This document shows positions 40,250 to 50,851 of a stretch of 64,000 bases of DNA, piece after piece. Source of the DNA: an uncultured Gammaproteobacteria bacterium (GTDB lineage: Bacteria; Pseudomonadota; Gammaproteobacteria; JACCXJ01). Location: the NCBI GenBank assembly GCA_963764725.1, contig CAVXTM010000016.1:128001-192000 (forward strand), given 5' to 3'. A program made the position numbers and the translations under genes. The number at the start of each line of letters is the position of its first letter. Within the stretch, counting starts at the first letter, position 1. Under the pieces are notes generated by a model. It was not told the origin of the DNA. It was given only the letters and a program-made list of their open reading frames with translations, and ran no database searches.

Positions 40250-41707
40250 TCACCATGCGAGGTCGAGCTGTATCTGGGCGACGACTGCCGGCCCCGGGTC
40301 CGGGTTGAACGCCGGGTTCCAGACGATCTGAAGATCGGGCTGCAGCTTCGTGGTCGGGGTCAGTTGAAGTGAATAGAACGCCTCGAAGACGTACTCGTTC
40401 TCGTGATACACGGTCTGCATGGTGGCCGAGGGCTGGCTCCAGACGAAACCGACGCCCATCAGGTCATTGCTCAACTTGGGGACGAGCCCCGTGTACTCGA
40501 GGGGTGCCTGCATGACAAAGCCGGTGGCCACCTGCGCCGACGCGCGGCCGGTCACTCGTGACCCGCCGGAGCCGAACCGCCCGAACCAGCCGAAGGGGGA
40601 GTGCCGGCCAAGCTGCTGCTGGAAGTTGAAGCCCAAACCGCCCTGCACCGGCCCGCCGGCACGGGCGGCGAACGGCTGTACGCGATAGACGCCGGGACCC
40701 AGGCCCAGAAAGTCATCCGGCGCATAGCCCAGCTCCCCGAGCACGGACCAAGTGTCCGCATCGTAGTTGCTCCATGGGGCCTTGTCGGTGGTCCCCTCGC
40801 CGACCGACCCGCCGAGCATGCCGTACCAATCCTTCGCGGGCTGCCACTGCACGTTGGCGCCGAAGTTGTATGCGGGCAACGGCAGCACCATGCTGTTGAT
40901 CAACGCCGAGTTGAGGAACTGGCGGCGGCCGGTGCTGGCGTATGCGTTGGCGTCGAAGTAGTTGCCCACGGAAACCATCCCCGCCACGATGACGATCTCG
41001 CCGTCGCGCAGGGATTGCTGCCACGCCAGCTCGGGGATCCGGAAGCCGTTGACGCTCGACCAGATCTCGGTCGGAGTGGTGATGCTGCCGATGTTGGTCT
41101 GGGCGCTCTGTGTTCTTGCCGCCTCATTCAGCCCGGCTTTGGCTTCGATCTCCGTGCTGATCCAGCCTGCGGCGCCGCCGTTGCGATTGTCGAATACAGC
41201 CCACTTCGCCTTCAGATCGAACGTGTAGTACGCCAGGTCGCTTGCTCCCGAGGCCACGTCGCTCAACGCAACATACGTGAGGGTCTGGTCCAGCGAGTAG
41301 CGCAAGCCGTGCTCCGCCAGCGCCGACTTGGCTCGTTCCACGAGCGGCTCCCAAGGCACGGAGCGGACCAGCGCGCCGGGCTTGAGTGCGGTCGTGCCGA
41401 ACTCGTCGATGCTGGCTAGGTAGGACATCATGGGCGGCTGATGCGCCGGAAACCACCGGAGCTCCTCCACGCCCTCCCGCGCCGCCTGCATGCGCTGCAT
41501 GACTTCGTCGGGGATCTTGGCGCCGGGTACCGGCTGCGGCGTCTGGTGTTTCAGGCCCAAGCGGCCGTACGACCGCAACTTCGCCGGCACGCTTTCCGGC
41601 GGCACCCGCACCACGCGCCCCATGCTGTCGAGAAGCAGCACATCGCGCGGCGGGGACTCGGAAGGGCGTTCATCGGCTGCAAAGGCCGCCGCAGCCGCGA
41701 TCGTCAT
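40250..41707 (-). CDS. Carbohydrate-selective porin, OprB family (start uncertain, up to 41830)
   Basis: ELAWQQ, YFDANAYA..QFLNSAL, EYVFEAFYSLQLTP..LQPDLQIVWNPA, terminal Trp. Confidence 0.85.
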   Translation of the reverse strand: MTIAAAAAFAADERPSESPPRDVLLLDSMGRVVRVPPESVPAKLRSYGRLGLKHQTPQPVPGAKIPDEVMQRMQAAREGVEELRWFPAHQPPMMSYLASIDEFGTTALKPGALVRSVPWEPLVERAKSALAEHGLRYSLDQTLTYVALSDVASGASDLAYYTFDLKAKWAVFDNRNGGAAGWISTEIEAKAGLNEAARTQSAQTNIGSITTPTEIWSSVNGFRIPELAWQQSLRDGEIVIVAGMVSVGNYFDANAYASTGRRQFLNSALINSMVLPLPAYNFGANVQWQPAKDWYGMLGGSVGEGTTDKAPWSNYDADTWSVLGELGYAPDDFLGLGPGVYRVQPFAARAGGPVQGGLGFNFQQQLGRHSPFGWFGRFGSGGSRVTGRASAQVATGFVMQAPLEYTGLVPKLSNDLMGVGFVWSQPSATMQTVYHENEYVFEAFYSLQLTPTTKLQPDLQIVWNPAFNPDPGPAVVAQIQLDLAW

Positions 41708-41856
41708 GACCGCCGCAATCCCCGCTTGCAGACGCCGTTTGATAGCTGCTTCTCCTGATGCGCTGCGTTGCGCGCAGGCCATGCCCAGCCGAGTGCGACG
41801 AACCTGACCCCCGCGTCGTCCCCGGCTCAATTGGTATTCTTCTGAATCGGCCGACA

Positions 41857-41979
41857 GCCGTCATTCCAGCGCAAGCTGGAATCCACGTGGCGTTGGCTCG
41901 GGCGTATGGATTCCGGGTCGCGGTCGCGCTGCTCCCTTGCCAGGAATGACGAGGCGTAAATTGTACCCGTTTTCGGTAT
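41857..41979 (-). repeat. 123-bp copy of a CGTC-hairpin MITE, inverted relative to 43132-43254
   Basis: gccgtcattccagcgcaagctggaatcc...ggaatgacgaggcgtaaattgtacccgttttcggtat; about four mismatches to the reverse complement of 43132-43254. Confidence 0.92.
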
Positions 41980-42037
41980 ATCTTGGTCAAGTTCTTCATG
42001 GCTCTTCCTCCCTGATGACGTCACTTCAAATGGCAAA

Positions 42038-43114
42038 CTAAGGCAAGGGCACAATCTCGTACCTAACCGGCTCTTTGCAGACCTCGCCTTCGCCTGTGTC
42101 TCCATCAATGACAACGTATGCGGTTTTTCCGGAAATCGCCAAACCTTCCGATGAAGGGGGCAAAGCACGAATAAACTCTGAATCGATCACCTGTGCTTGG
42201 TCCAAAGCCGACTTCCGAATACGTCGAAGCTCAAACGGCTCTGTTCGATCTTCCGGGGGACCGGCGATCACCCAAATAGACGTTGCGTCGGAAGACAGGT
42301 CTCGTACACCGCGCCCGCCCAAATCCACAAACGCCACGCGGTCAAACGTGTAGGCCGTTAGATCTTTCATGTGGAGCAGGATGGCCAAATGTTTTTTCTC
42401 GGGTTGAGAGGGGTGTGCCGGCAGTAACGGGGCGCGCAACCCGATCCACACCTCTGTCCCTTTGGGTGTGCGGATAGCGACAGCGCCTTCGGCATTGTAG
42501 GCGTTCGCTGCATTGCAAAGGTCTCTTGCGGCATCCTTGGTTAATTTTTCCGCTTTCACGGCGTCGCCAATCTGCGTCGCTATTGCATCAGCATTGTCTA
42601 TCGCTTCGCATGCTGCCCTCACTGGTGCCTCTAACCCCCGGTTATCAAACAAGTGTTCGCAGGTCACCTTCTTGGATCGTAAGGTGTCCACAACCGCCGT
42701 TTGTGCCTTCGATAAACTCACCTTCGCGAACTGGCGGCGCTTTGGCTTGACCTCACAGCTGGTGTTGCGACTATAAGAGGCAAAAACCAGAATCTCGTCG
42801 CTCGAAATGCCCGTGAGTGCCTCGATGTCCGAGATCTCCTTACCGTCCCCGAGGTGCAAGTCAAAAGCGCGTTGCGCGCCGGACTTGAGTTTTTGGTCCT
42901 GAACGGGGAACAGGTAGAGTTCCTTTCCCTGTTCGTTGTCGCCTACCAAAAGACACTCGCCATCCCCGCTCGGACAAGTCACCAGCAAAGCCGACGACGC
43001 TTCACAAAGTGGAAATCGTCCCAGCGTCGCGTCGGCAGCTAGTCTGTCGCTTACCGTCGATGCAGTGAGAATGATTGCAAGGTGCAGGGGAAGAGCCCTC
43101 TTGCGTTTCCGCAT
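42038..43114 (-). CDS. Exported DUF3616-like beta-propeller protein, visibly more AT-rich than its neighbours
   Basis: Signal peptide, CEASSA, LVGDNE, DIEALT, YNAEGA, IGLRAP, LGGRGVRDL, EGLA. Confidence 0.65.
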   Translation of the reverse strand: MRKRKRALPLHLAIILTASTVSDRLAADATLGRFPLCEASSALLVTCPSGDGECLLVGDNEQGKELYLFPVQDQKLKSGAQRAFDLHLGDGKEISDIEALTGISSDEILVFASYSRNTSCEVKPKRRQFAKVSLSKAQTAVVDTLRSKKVTCEHLFDNRGLEAPVRAACEAIDNADAIATQIGDAVKAEKLTKDAARDLCNAANAYNAEGAVAIRTPKGTEVWIGLRAPLLPAHPSQPEKKHLAILLHMKDLTAYTFDRVAFVDLGGRGVRDLSSDATSIWVIAGPPEDRTEPFELRRIRKSALDQAQVIDSEFIRALPPSSEGLAISGKTAYVVIDGDTGEGEVCKEPVRYEIVPLP

Positions 43115-43131
43115 ATCGTCCTCGCATCTGC

Positions 43132-43329
43132 ATACCGAAAACGGCCACAATTTACGCTTCGTCATTCCGGGCAAGGGAGCAGCGCGACCGCGACCCGGAA
43201 TCCATACGCCCGAGCCAACGCCACGTGGATTCCAGCTTGCGCTGGAATGACGGCAACATAGGGTTTTTGTCCCTGGTTAAGCATCAGCATAGGTCTGCAA
43301 TTGCGGTAACTTATGACCGTTGAAGGTAT
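43132..43329 (+). mobile_element. MITE-like element (198 bp) with imperfect 24-bp ATACC..GGTAT termini enclosing a CGTC hairpin
   Basis: Left end ataccgaaaacggccacaatttac versus reverse complement of the right end ataccttcaacggtcataagttac (18/24). Confidence 0.7.
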
Positions 43330-43342
43330 TATTCACAAGCCC

Positions 43343-44362
43343 TCAGCGCTTCTTGCCTTTGGGTTCCTTGGCTTTGTCCGGGTCGAGCGCCAGAAGCTCC
43401 GCGGCCTCGGCTGCTTCGCTGTCGAGATCCGCGAGCAGCCCCTCGTCGCTGAGATCGAGCGGATGCGAATGGCTCCAGTCGTGGTGGACAACGCTGTTCA
43501 GCCGCTTCACCAGATGCCCGTCGTCCACCTCTATGGCCAGCTCCCGCCGGCTGTCGAAGCTCCCGGGCGCAAGATTGATCGAGCCGATGACCGCACGCTC
43601 GGCATCGGCCAGCATCATCTTGGCGTGCAGCTTCAAGCCTTTGAGCTTGTGCACCTTGGCGCCCACGTCCTGGAGCAGCCGCAGCCCCTCCACTCCCTCG
43701 ACCAGCTTGCCCTTCTTGAGGGTGTGGGCCGGGCGCGCCAGCACATGCAGCTTGACCCCGCGTTGCGCGGCGGCGCGCACCAGGCGCTCGATGATGACCT
43801 CGTCCTGGTAGCGCTCGTTCTCCAGGAACAGCGACTCCTTCGCCCGGTCGATGAAGCGGGCGACGCGGTTGCGGCCGTTGAGGTTGCACCAGATAAGATG
43901 CGAGCTCTCGCCGGGGTCGAAGGGCTTGCGATGCCAGTCGGCCTCGAAACAGTCGAGGATCTCGCCCACCTCGTGACGGTGGGCCGTGCCCACGGCGTAG
44001 TCGCGCGTCTCGGTAAGGTTCCTGGGCTCCCAGTTGGCCGAGTGGACGAACGCCGTAGTCTCGTCGATCACCATCGACTTCTCGTGCGTGACGTCGAAGG
44101 CGGGATTGGTGTCGATCACCTCCACACCCGCATGCGCGAGCTTCTTGTGGGTTTCTTCATTCTCGGCCTCGCCGCTGCGCCGGGCCGGGTTGAGCATCAC
44201 ACGGACCTTGACGCCACGCTGGTGCGCAGCTATGACGGCGGCGAGCAGTCCCGCATCGGAAAACGAGAACATCTTGACGCGCAACGACTGCTTGGCGCCG
44301 GCGATAGCGTCGAGAAGCGGCTGTGCGGTATCGTCGGGCAGGATAATCAGGGAGCGGGACAT
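43343..44362 (-). CDS. Phospholipase D superfamily protein (cardiolipin-synthase-like, soluble)
   Basis: Two HKD motifs: THEKSMVID and LHAKMMLAD..IGSIN. Confidence 0.9.
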   Translation of the reverse strand: MSRSLIILPDDTAQPLLDAIAGAKQSLRVKMFSFSDAGLLAAVIAAHQRGVKVRVMLNPARRSGEAENEETHKKLAHAGVEVIDTNPAFDVTHEKSMVIDETTAFVHSANWEPRNLTETRDYAVGTAHRHEVGEILDCFEADWHRKPFDPGESSHLIWCNLNGRNRVARFIDRAKESLFLENERYQDEVIIERLVRAAAQRGVKLHVLARPAHTLKKGKLVEGVEGLRLLQDVGAKVHKLKGLKLHAKMMLADAERAVIGSINLAPGSFDSRRELAIEVDDGHLVKRLNSVVHHDWSHSHPLDLSDEGLLADLDSEAAEAAELLALDPDKAKEPKGKKR

Positions 44363-44387
44363 ACGGGCTCCGTGCGTGTTAGGGGAA

Positions 44388-46277
44388 TCACGCTGTCGCG
44401 GGTGCGGGCTCGACCTGGGCGCGATGCAACTCGGCATACACGCCGTTCAGGGTCAGCAGCTCGTCGTGGGTGCCTTGCTCGGCGACCAGACCGTCCTTTA
44501 GAACGATGATCTTGTTGGCGTGCCGGATGGTGCTCAACCGGTGCGCGATCGTGATCACCGTGCGGCCCTTCATCAGCCGCTCCAGGGCATCGATCACCAA
44601 CTTTTCCGACTCGGTGTCCAGCGCGGCCGTGGGCTCGTCGAGGATCAGGATCGGCGTCCTGCGGATGATGGCGCGAGCGATGCCGATGCGCTGGCGCTGC
44701 CCCCCCGACAAGCGTGAGCCCCCGCTCGCCTACCAGGGTGTCGTAGCCGTTCGGCATGCGCTCAATGAACTCGTCCGCGTTGGCGGCCTTCGCGGCCTCG
44801 ATGATCTCTTTCTCCGTCGCCGACGGCCGCCCGTAGGCAATGTTCTCGCGCACCGTGCCCTTGAACAGCACCGTGTCCTGCAGCACGAAGCCGATGCAGC
44901 CGCGCAGCCCCTGCAGCGTGTAGTCGCGAATGTCGACCCCGTCGATCTTCACACTGCCGGCACTGGGATCGTAGAAACGAGGAATCAGGCTCACGACCGT
45001 GGATTTTCCGCCACCGGTGGTGCCCACCACGCCCACGAGCTGGCCGGGCGCGATGCGCAAGCTCACGTCCTTGAGCACCGGCGCCTAGGATCGTAGGCGA
45101 AGGCCACGTTCTCGAACACGATCTCACCCTTGAGCGCGCCGGGCTCGCGCGCGCCGGGACGCTCGGGGACGATCATGTCGTTATTCAGGATCGTCTGGAT
45201 GCGCTCGATCGCCACCGCCGTCTGGGCGATGGTGTTGCTCATCTTGGCGAGGTCCTGGACCGGCTTGAAGAACTTGCTCAAGTAGGCGAGGAACACCGTC
45301 AGCTCGCCTAATGTCATGGCGTCGGCGAGGATCAGCGCCGTGCCGCGATAGAGCACGAACCCCGTGCACAGGGCCACTGCGATGGAAACTGCGGGCGAGA
45401 GCAGCGACTTCACGCGCCGCGCTGCGAGCGCCGCATCCACCGTCGCGCGGCTGACCTCCTTGAGGTGTGCCTCCTCGGTGACCTGGGCGCCGAACGCTTT
45501 CACCACCCGGGCGGATTCCAGGCCCTGCTGCACCACGGCCATGATGTCGCTTTGGTGCCGGCGCACCTCGTGGGTCGCCCGCTTCACCACGCGGTTCAAC
45601 CGCGCCACGAACAGCAGCAGGAACGGGGTGATCGCCACCGCGATGAGGGCGAAGTCCCAGTTGAGCCAGAACATGATGCCCAACATGCCGACGATGGTGA
45701 GCAGGTCCACCAGGATACCCAGCGTTCCCGACGACGCAAACGCCTGGATCGTCTTGACGTCGTCGATGACGGTGGACAGGATCGTGCCGAGCTGGTGACT
45801 GTCGTAGTAGGCAAGCGACAGGCGCTGGAGGTGGTCGTACATGCGGTTACGCAGGTCGTACGCCACCCATTGGGCGACGCTCTCGGTGTAGTAGTTCTCG
45901 ATGTAGCTTGCCACCGCGCCCAGCGCGGCGATCAGCACGATCCCGATGCCCGCCACAGCCGCCAGCTCCATCTTGCTGCCTCTGAGGACGGAGATGTGCA
46001 AAGCCCCCAGCCATTCTGGCACCTTGTGGCTGCCAATGACACTGTCGATGACGATCTTCAGGGGCCACGGAGCCGCCAGGCTCATCACCGTCTGTACCAG
46101 CATGGCGGCAAAGATGATCAGCAGCCAGCCCCCGTAGGGGCGCAGCAGCTCGCGCACCAGGCGCGCCTTGCTGGCGCTCGCCCGGTCGGCGGGCCGAGGC
46201 GAGGGAAAAGCCGAAGCCGCTGCGCCCGCCGCGGGTGGCAAAGCACTCTGGTCGCTGCCGACGCCTCCCGCGGACAC
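44388..46277 (-). CDS. MsbA-like ABC exporter (TMD+NBD), frameshifts near 45085 and 44712
   Basis: Six-TM domain, Walker [37 protein letters not shown]. Confidence 0.92.
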
Positions 46278-46591
46278 AGGCTATCCTCTTGGTGAGATGG
46301 AGTCTAACATGGTCGCGAGAATAAGAAGTTTTTTAACACCCTTTTTCCTCAGGAGCAAAGATACGACTGAACCTCTCAGGTGTCAAACACGTGTATTCGG
46401 CCAATACATTCTGCACTGTGTAGGTGGAAGACATGCTGCCACAACCGATGCGGGGGTGTTCAGTCCCAGGCATGATGAGGAAGTCGAGTTCGAAGCCGAG
46501 CATGGCTCCCCCGAGCGTCAGCGAAGCGGTTGCGCTTCCTCGCCGGAAAGTGCGGTGCGCGAAGTTCATCTCGGATCTCTACTCCAGTCGG

Positions 46592-47587
46592 TCAACCGTA
46601 GCCCTTGTGCACCTTGCCGCGAAAGACCCAGTACACGCCGATCGTGTAGACGGCGATGACCGGCAGCACCACAATGCCGCCGTAGAACAGGAAGCGCAGC
46701 GAGGCATCCGGCGCCGCGGCGTTCGCGACGGTGATGGAATACGGAATCATGTACGGCCAGAACATCACCCCGAGCGTCAGGAAGGCGGCGAGGAAGAACA
46801 GCACGGTCAGCGCGAACGGCAGGCCATCGCGCTGCCGCGTGCGCCGACCAGGATCCCGACCAGCGCGAGCACGCCGATCAGCGGGGAACGCGAGGCCCCA
46901 GGATCGTCGCCTGCAGATCGCTTCGCGCGAGCACGCTGTAGTCGAACGTGACGGCGAACGCCAGGCACAGAACGGCCAGGACGCCGGCGGCGAGCCACGG
47001 GATGCGGCGCGTAGGCCCAGTCGCGCAGCGCGCCTTCGCTCTTGAGCACCAGCCAGCCCGCGCCGAGCAGCGCGTAGCCGAGCACGAGCCCGATCCCGGT
47101 CAGGATCGCGAACGGGTGCAGCCAGTCGAACGGACCGCCGGCAAACTGGCCGTTCACAACCGGGATGCCGCGCATCATCGCGCCGACCGCCGCGCCCTGG
47201 ACGAACGCGACCACCGTCGAGCCGAGGAAGAAGCCCCAGTCCCACACCCAGCGCATGCGCTCGCTCCGGTAGCGGAACTCGAACGCGACGCCGCGGAAGA
47301 TCAGGCCGAACAGCAGCAGCAGCACCGGGAGGTAGAACGCGCCGAGGAACACCGCGTAGACGACGGGAAACGCCGCGAACAGCCCGGCGCCGATCACCAC
47401 CAGCCAGGTCTCGTTGCCGTCCCAGAACGGCGCGATGGTGTCCATCATCTGCACGCGCAGCGCCTCGTCGCGCGTGGTGCCGAACAGGATGCCGACGCCG
47501 AGGTCGAAGCCGTCGAGGATGACGTAGAGCAGGATCGCCAGGCGATCACGCCGGCCCAGAACAGCGCGAGATCGCTGCGGTGTCCAT
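46592..47587 (-). CDS. cydB: Cytochrome bd ubiquinol oxidase subunit II, multiple frameshifts
   Basis: YVILDGFDLGVGIL, PFWDGNETWLV, LIFRGVAFEFR, YWVFRGKV. Confidence 0.92.
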
Positions 47588-47593
47588 GCGCGC

Positions 47594-49007
47594 TCATCCG
47601 CCGGTCCGCAGTCTGCTGCCGGTCGCCGTGTCGGCAGCTGTCGGCGAAGGCCAGCGGCCGGTTGCCCGTGGCGCCCGGGATGGCCGTCGCTTCGCTGGTC
47701 GGCCCGTCCCGCAGCAGCTTGTAGATGTAGTACATGCCGAACGAGACGAACACCGCGTAGACGAGCACGTAGCCGACGAGCGAGAACAGCACGTCGCCGG
47801 TCGTCAGCGACGGCGTGACCGCGTCCTTGGTGCGCAGCAGGCCGTACACGACCCACGGCTGGCGCCCGACCTCGGCCGTGAACCAGCCGGTGAGGATGGC
47901 GACGAAGCCGGTCGGGAAGGAGAGGAACGCGCACCCACAGAAACCAGCGCGTCGTCTCCAGCCGGCCGCGCCAGCGCAGGAAGTTCCCGAACCACGAGAC
48001 CGCGAGCATGATCAGCCCCATGCCCACCATGATCCGGAAGCCGAAGAACGGAATCAGCACCGGCGGCCGGTCTTCGGGCGGGAAGGTCTCCAGCCCGATC
48101 TCGCGCGCAGTCCAGTTGCCCGAGGCGATGAAGCTGCCGAGCTTCGGGATCTCGATCGCGAAGAGATTCCGCTCGTTCGCCTCGTCGGGAATCGCGATCA
48201 GCACCTCGCTCGCCGGCTGCTGCGTCTTCCAGCGCGCCTCGATCGCCGCGAACTTCGCCGGCTGATGCTTGAGCACGTAGAGGCCCGTCAGGTGGCCGAA
48301 GAAGAGCTGGATCGGAATCAGCACCGCGACCAGCCCGAGGCCCCAGTGCAGCATCACGCGCGCCTCGGCGCGATGGACTCCGCGCAGCACGTACCAGGCG
48401 CCGGTGGCCGCCACGCACATGCCGGTCGTCAGGAAGGCGGCGAGCAGCATGTGCGGCCAGCGCACCCGCATGATCGGGCCGGTCGTGATCGCCCACCAGT
48501 CCGCGGGGATGATCCTGCCGTCGACGATCGTGTGGCCGAGCGGCACCTGCATCCAGCTGTTGTTGGCGAGGATCCAGAACGACGAGAACATCGTCCCGAG
48601 CGAGACCATGCAGCAGGCGAAGAAGTAGAAGCGCGGCGAGCACGCGGTCGCGCCCGAGCAGCATCACGCCGAAGAAGGTCGCCTCCAGCATGAAGGCGGT
48701 GAAGGCTTCGTAGCCGAGCAGCGGCCCCTGGATCGAGCCGGTCTTCTGCGCCAGCACGCCCCAGTTGGTGCCGAACTGGAACGCCATCACGATGCCGGTG
48801 ACCACGCCCATGCCGAACGAGACCGCGAACATCTTGAGCCAGAAGTCGAACACGCGCCGGTAGAGCGCGTTGCCGGTGAACGAGCCGCGCGCCCTCGATC
48901 GTCGCCAGCCAGGCCGCCAGCCCGATCGTGAAGGCCGGGAAGATGATGTGGAAGCTGATGACGAACGCGAACTGGAGGCGCGAGAGGAAGACGGGATCGA
49001 GGTCCAT
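47594..49007 (-). CDS. cydA: Cytochrome bd ubiquinol oxidase subunit I (short Q-loop/CIO-like), multiple frameshifts
   Basis: LSRLQFAFVISFHIIFPAFTIG, FGMGVVTG..FQFGTNW, WILANNSWMQ, HQPAKFAAIE, GRQPW region near 47860. Confidence 0.93.
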
Positions 49008-49023
49008 AGCTCGAAATCCTATG

Positions 49024-50832
49024 TCATTTCTTCGCGGCGGCGCTGTCAAGACCCAGGATTACGACCCTTGCGCGGCTCGGCTTGATTGGCCACGCGGCCA
49101 TCGTGTAGTTGTCAGCTACGGCAACTTTCTGCACGCCGTCCACGGTGTACGTGATCACGCCGCCGCCGATCCCGCCGCCGGTTCCGAGCGGCCCTCCCCA
49201 GAGCTTCTGGCCGGTGGAAGAATCCAATGCGTAGAAATTGCCGCCGATGTCAGCGACGAACACGATTCCACCGGCCGTCGGCGTGATGCCGGCGACAAAG
49301 GGATAGTTGGACTTGGCACGCCATTTCCAGACCCCGGTGTCGGCGTCGCTGGCATAGATCCATCCGGCCCAGTGCCCGTCGGTGGGGTCTTCCTTTCCGA
49401 ACATGTTGATCGGGTTCCACGTCGCCATTCCGGTCCAGGGCTGCCCGACGTCCACCGACCGCATTCTCTCGTCAGTCTTGATCGTCACGGTATCGCACCA
49501 GTCAACGGTACCGGTGATGATGAGATTCGTGGTCGGATCGTAGCCCGGGGTGTTCCATTCAGTGCCTCCCACCGGACCCGGACAGAAATGAACTTTCTGG
49601 CCGACGGCGAAAGTGCCCTCGGCATTCTCGATCGTGGTTATCGGCACGCGGTAGAGCAGGTTGTTGGTGGCGAGATCGTAGCCATAGAGGTGCCCATCCT
49701 TCGGTGCGACCGACATGAGCTGCTTGCCGCCCATGGTTTGAAGCAGGATGGGCGGGCTGGACACGTCCCAGTCATGCCAGTCCTTTTTCACGACCTTGAA
49801 GTTGTTCCTGAAGTCGCCCGTCATGGTGTCGAGTACGACGACCGAGTCGGTGAAGAGATTCTCGCCCTCGCGTGCTCCCGAGGCGAAGTCGGGGGCCGGA
49901 TTGCCTCCCGGGACGTACAGCACGCCGTTGTTGATATCGAGCGTGTACGAGGTCCAGGTCCCGCCGCCGCTGATGGGTATGCCTGGCGCGTTGTTCCAGG
50001 TCGATGCGTCGAGCGGCGACTTGCCCAGAGGTCCTCGGACGACATCGTCCTCGCCTCTGGGGACGAGAAAGAACTGCCAGACGACCTTGCCGGTCTTCCC
50101 CTCGAGTGCGTATACCTTGCCCTTGCCACCCTTGTAGTCTCCGCCGGCATTGCCGACGTAGACGAGGCCGTTCCACGCGATCGGCGCCGACGGCACCGAC
50201 TCGCCGCGTTTCGGGTCGCAGATCGTCGTCTCCCACACCTGTTTGCCGGTCTTGAAATCGAAGGCCAGCACCCGACAGTCTTGTGTGCCGCGAAACAGCA
50301 GGCCGTCCATGTAGGCGGCGCCACGACTCGAAGGCAGAAGGGCGGGGGGATAATCGAGATGCGTACGCCAGTTCTCCGCGCACGTGGCCGGATTGATCGA
50401 GAAAATATCGAACTCGGTGGTGCCGATCAGAGCGTTGTTCACCATGATCAGACCGGATTCGAAGGCAGTGATCTCCCGGACCTCGTAGATGCACTGGATC
50501 TTCAGGTTTCCGACATTCTTCGCGTTGATCTGGTCGAGCGGCGAGAACCGCTGCGAGGACGGGGTCCTGTTGTAGCTTGGCCAGTCGCCGACCGCAGCAT
50601 TGGGCCATGCCGCCTCGGCTAGCGGTGGCGAGGGCACTGGAGCAACCGGCGCTTTGTAGGCGGGATTCGTCTCGATGGTCAGCGTGCCTGGCGGCGCAAA
50701 CAGCGACTTGAGAAAGTTGAGCCCCATGGCGCCATAGGTCGTCATCTGCACGGGGAACGTGACGTAGAGCACCCCCGCGATGGCCACGCCTGCCACAAAC
50801 AGTAGGCCGAGGATGATGAAGAATTTCTTCAT
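49024..50832 (-). CDS. Membrane-anchored PQQ-dependent dehydrogenase (beta-propeller)
   Basis: N-terminal TM, DWPSYNR..RFSPLDQINAKNV, RGAAY, GGGTW, HDWD, GGTEWN, GGVITY; repeated W-docking motifs. Confidence 0.88.
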   Translation of the reverse strand: MKKFFIILGLLFVAGVAIAGVLYVTFPVQMTTYGAMGLNFLKSLFAPPGTLTIETNPAYKAPVAPVPSPPLAEAAWPNAAVGDWPSYNRTPSSQRFSPLDQINAKNVGNLKIQCIYEVREITAFESGLIMVNNALIGTTEFDIFSINPATCAENWRTHLDYPPALLPSSRGAAYMDGLLFRGTQDCRVLAFDFKTGKQVWETTICDPKRGESVPSAPIAWNGLVYVGNAGGDYKGGKGKVYALEGKTGKVVWQFFLVPRGEDDVVRGPLGKSPLDASTWNNAPGIPISGGGTWTSYTLDINNGVLYVPGGNPAPDFASGAREGENLFTDSVVVLDTMTGDFRNNFKVVKKDWHDWDVSSPPILLQTMGGKQLMSVAPKDGHLYGYDLATNNLLYRVPITTIENAEGTFAVGQKVHFCPGPVGGTEWNTPGYDPTTNLIITGTVDWCDTVTIKTDERMRSVDVGQPWTGMATWNPINMFGKEDPTDGHWAGWIYASDADTGVWKWRAKSNYPFVAGITPTAGGIVFVADIGGNFYALDSSTGQKLWGGPLGTGGGIGGGVITYTVDGVQKVAVADNYTMAAWPIKPSRARVVILGLDSAAAKK

Positions 50833-50851
50833 AGTAACCTCCACCGTTCGC

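Noticed and set aside
46333-46569. 78-aa ORF after cydB as a cydX/cydS-like subunit
   Set aside because: It is too long, lacks the single-TM CydX pattern and runs into the AT-rich upstream region of the ABC gene.
49760-49790. DxD (HDWD) motif as proof of a lanthanide-dependent dehydrogenase
   Set aside because: DxD also occurs in Ca-dependent glucose-type quinoproteins, and this enzyme lacks other XoxF/ExaF hallmarks such as the vicinal disulfide.
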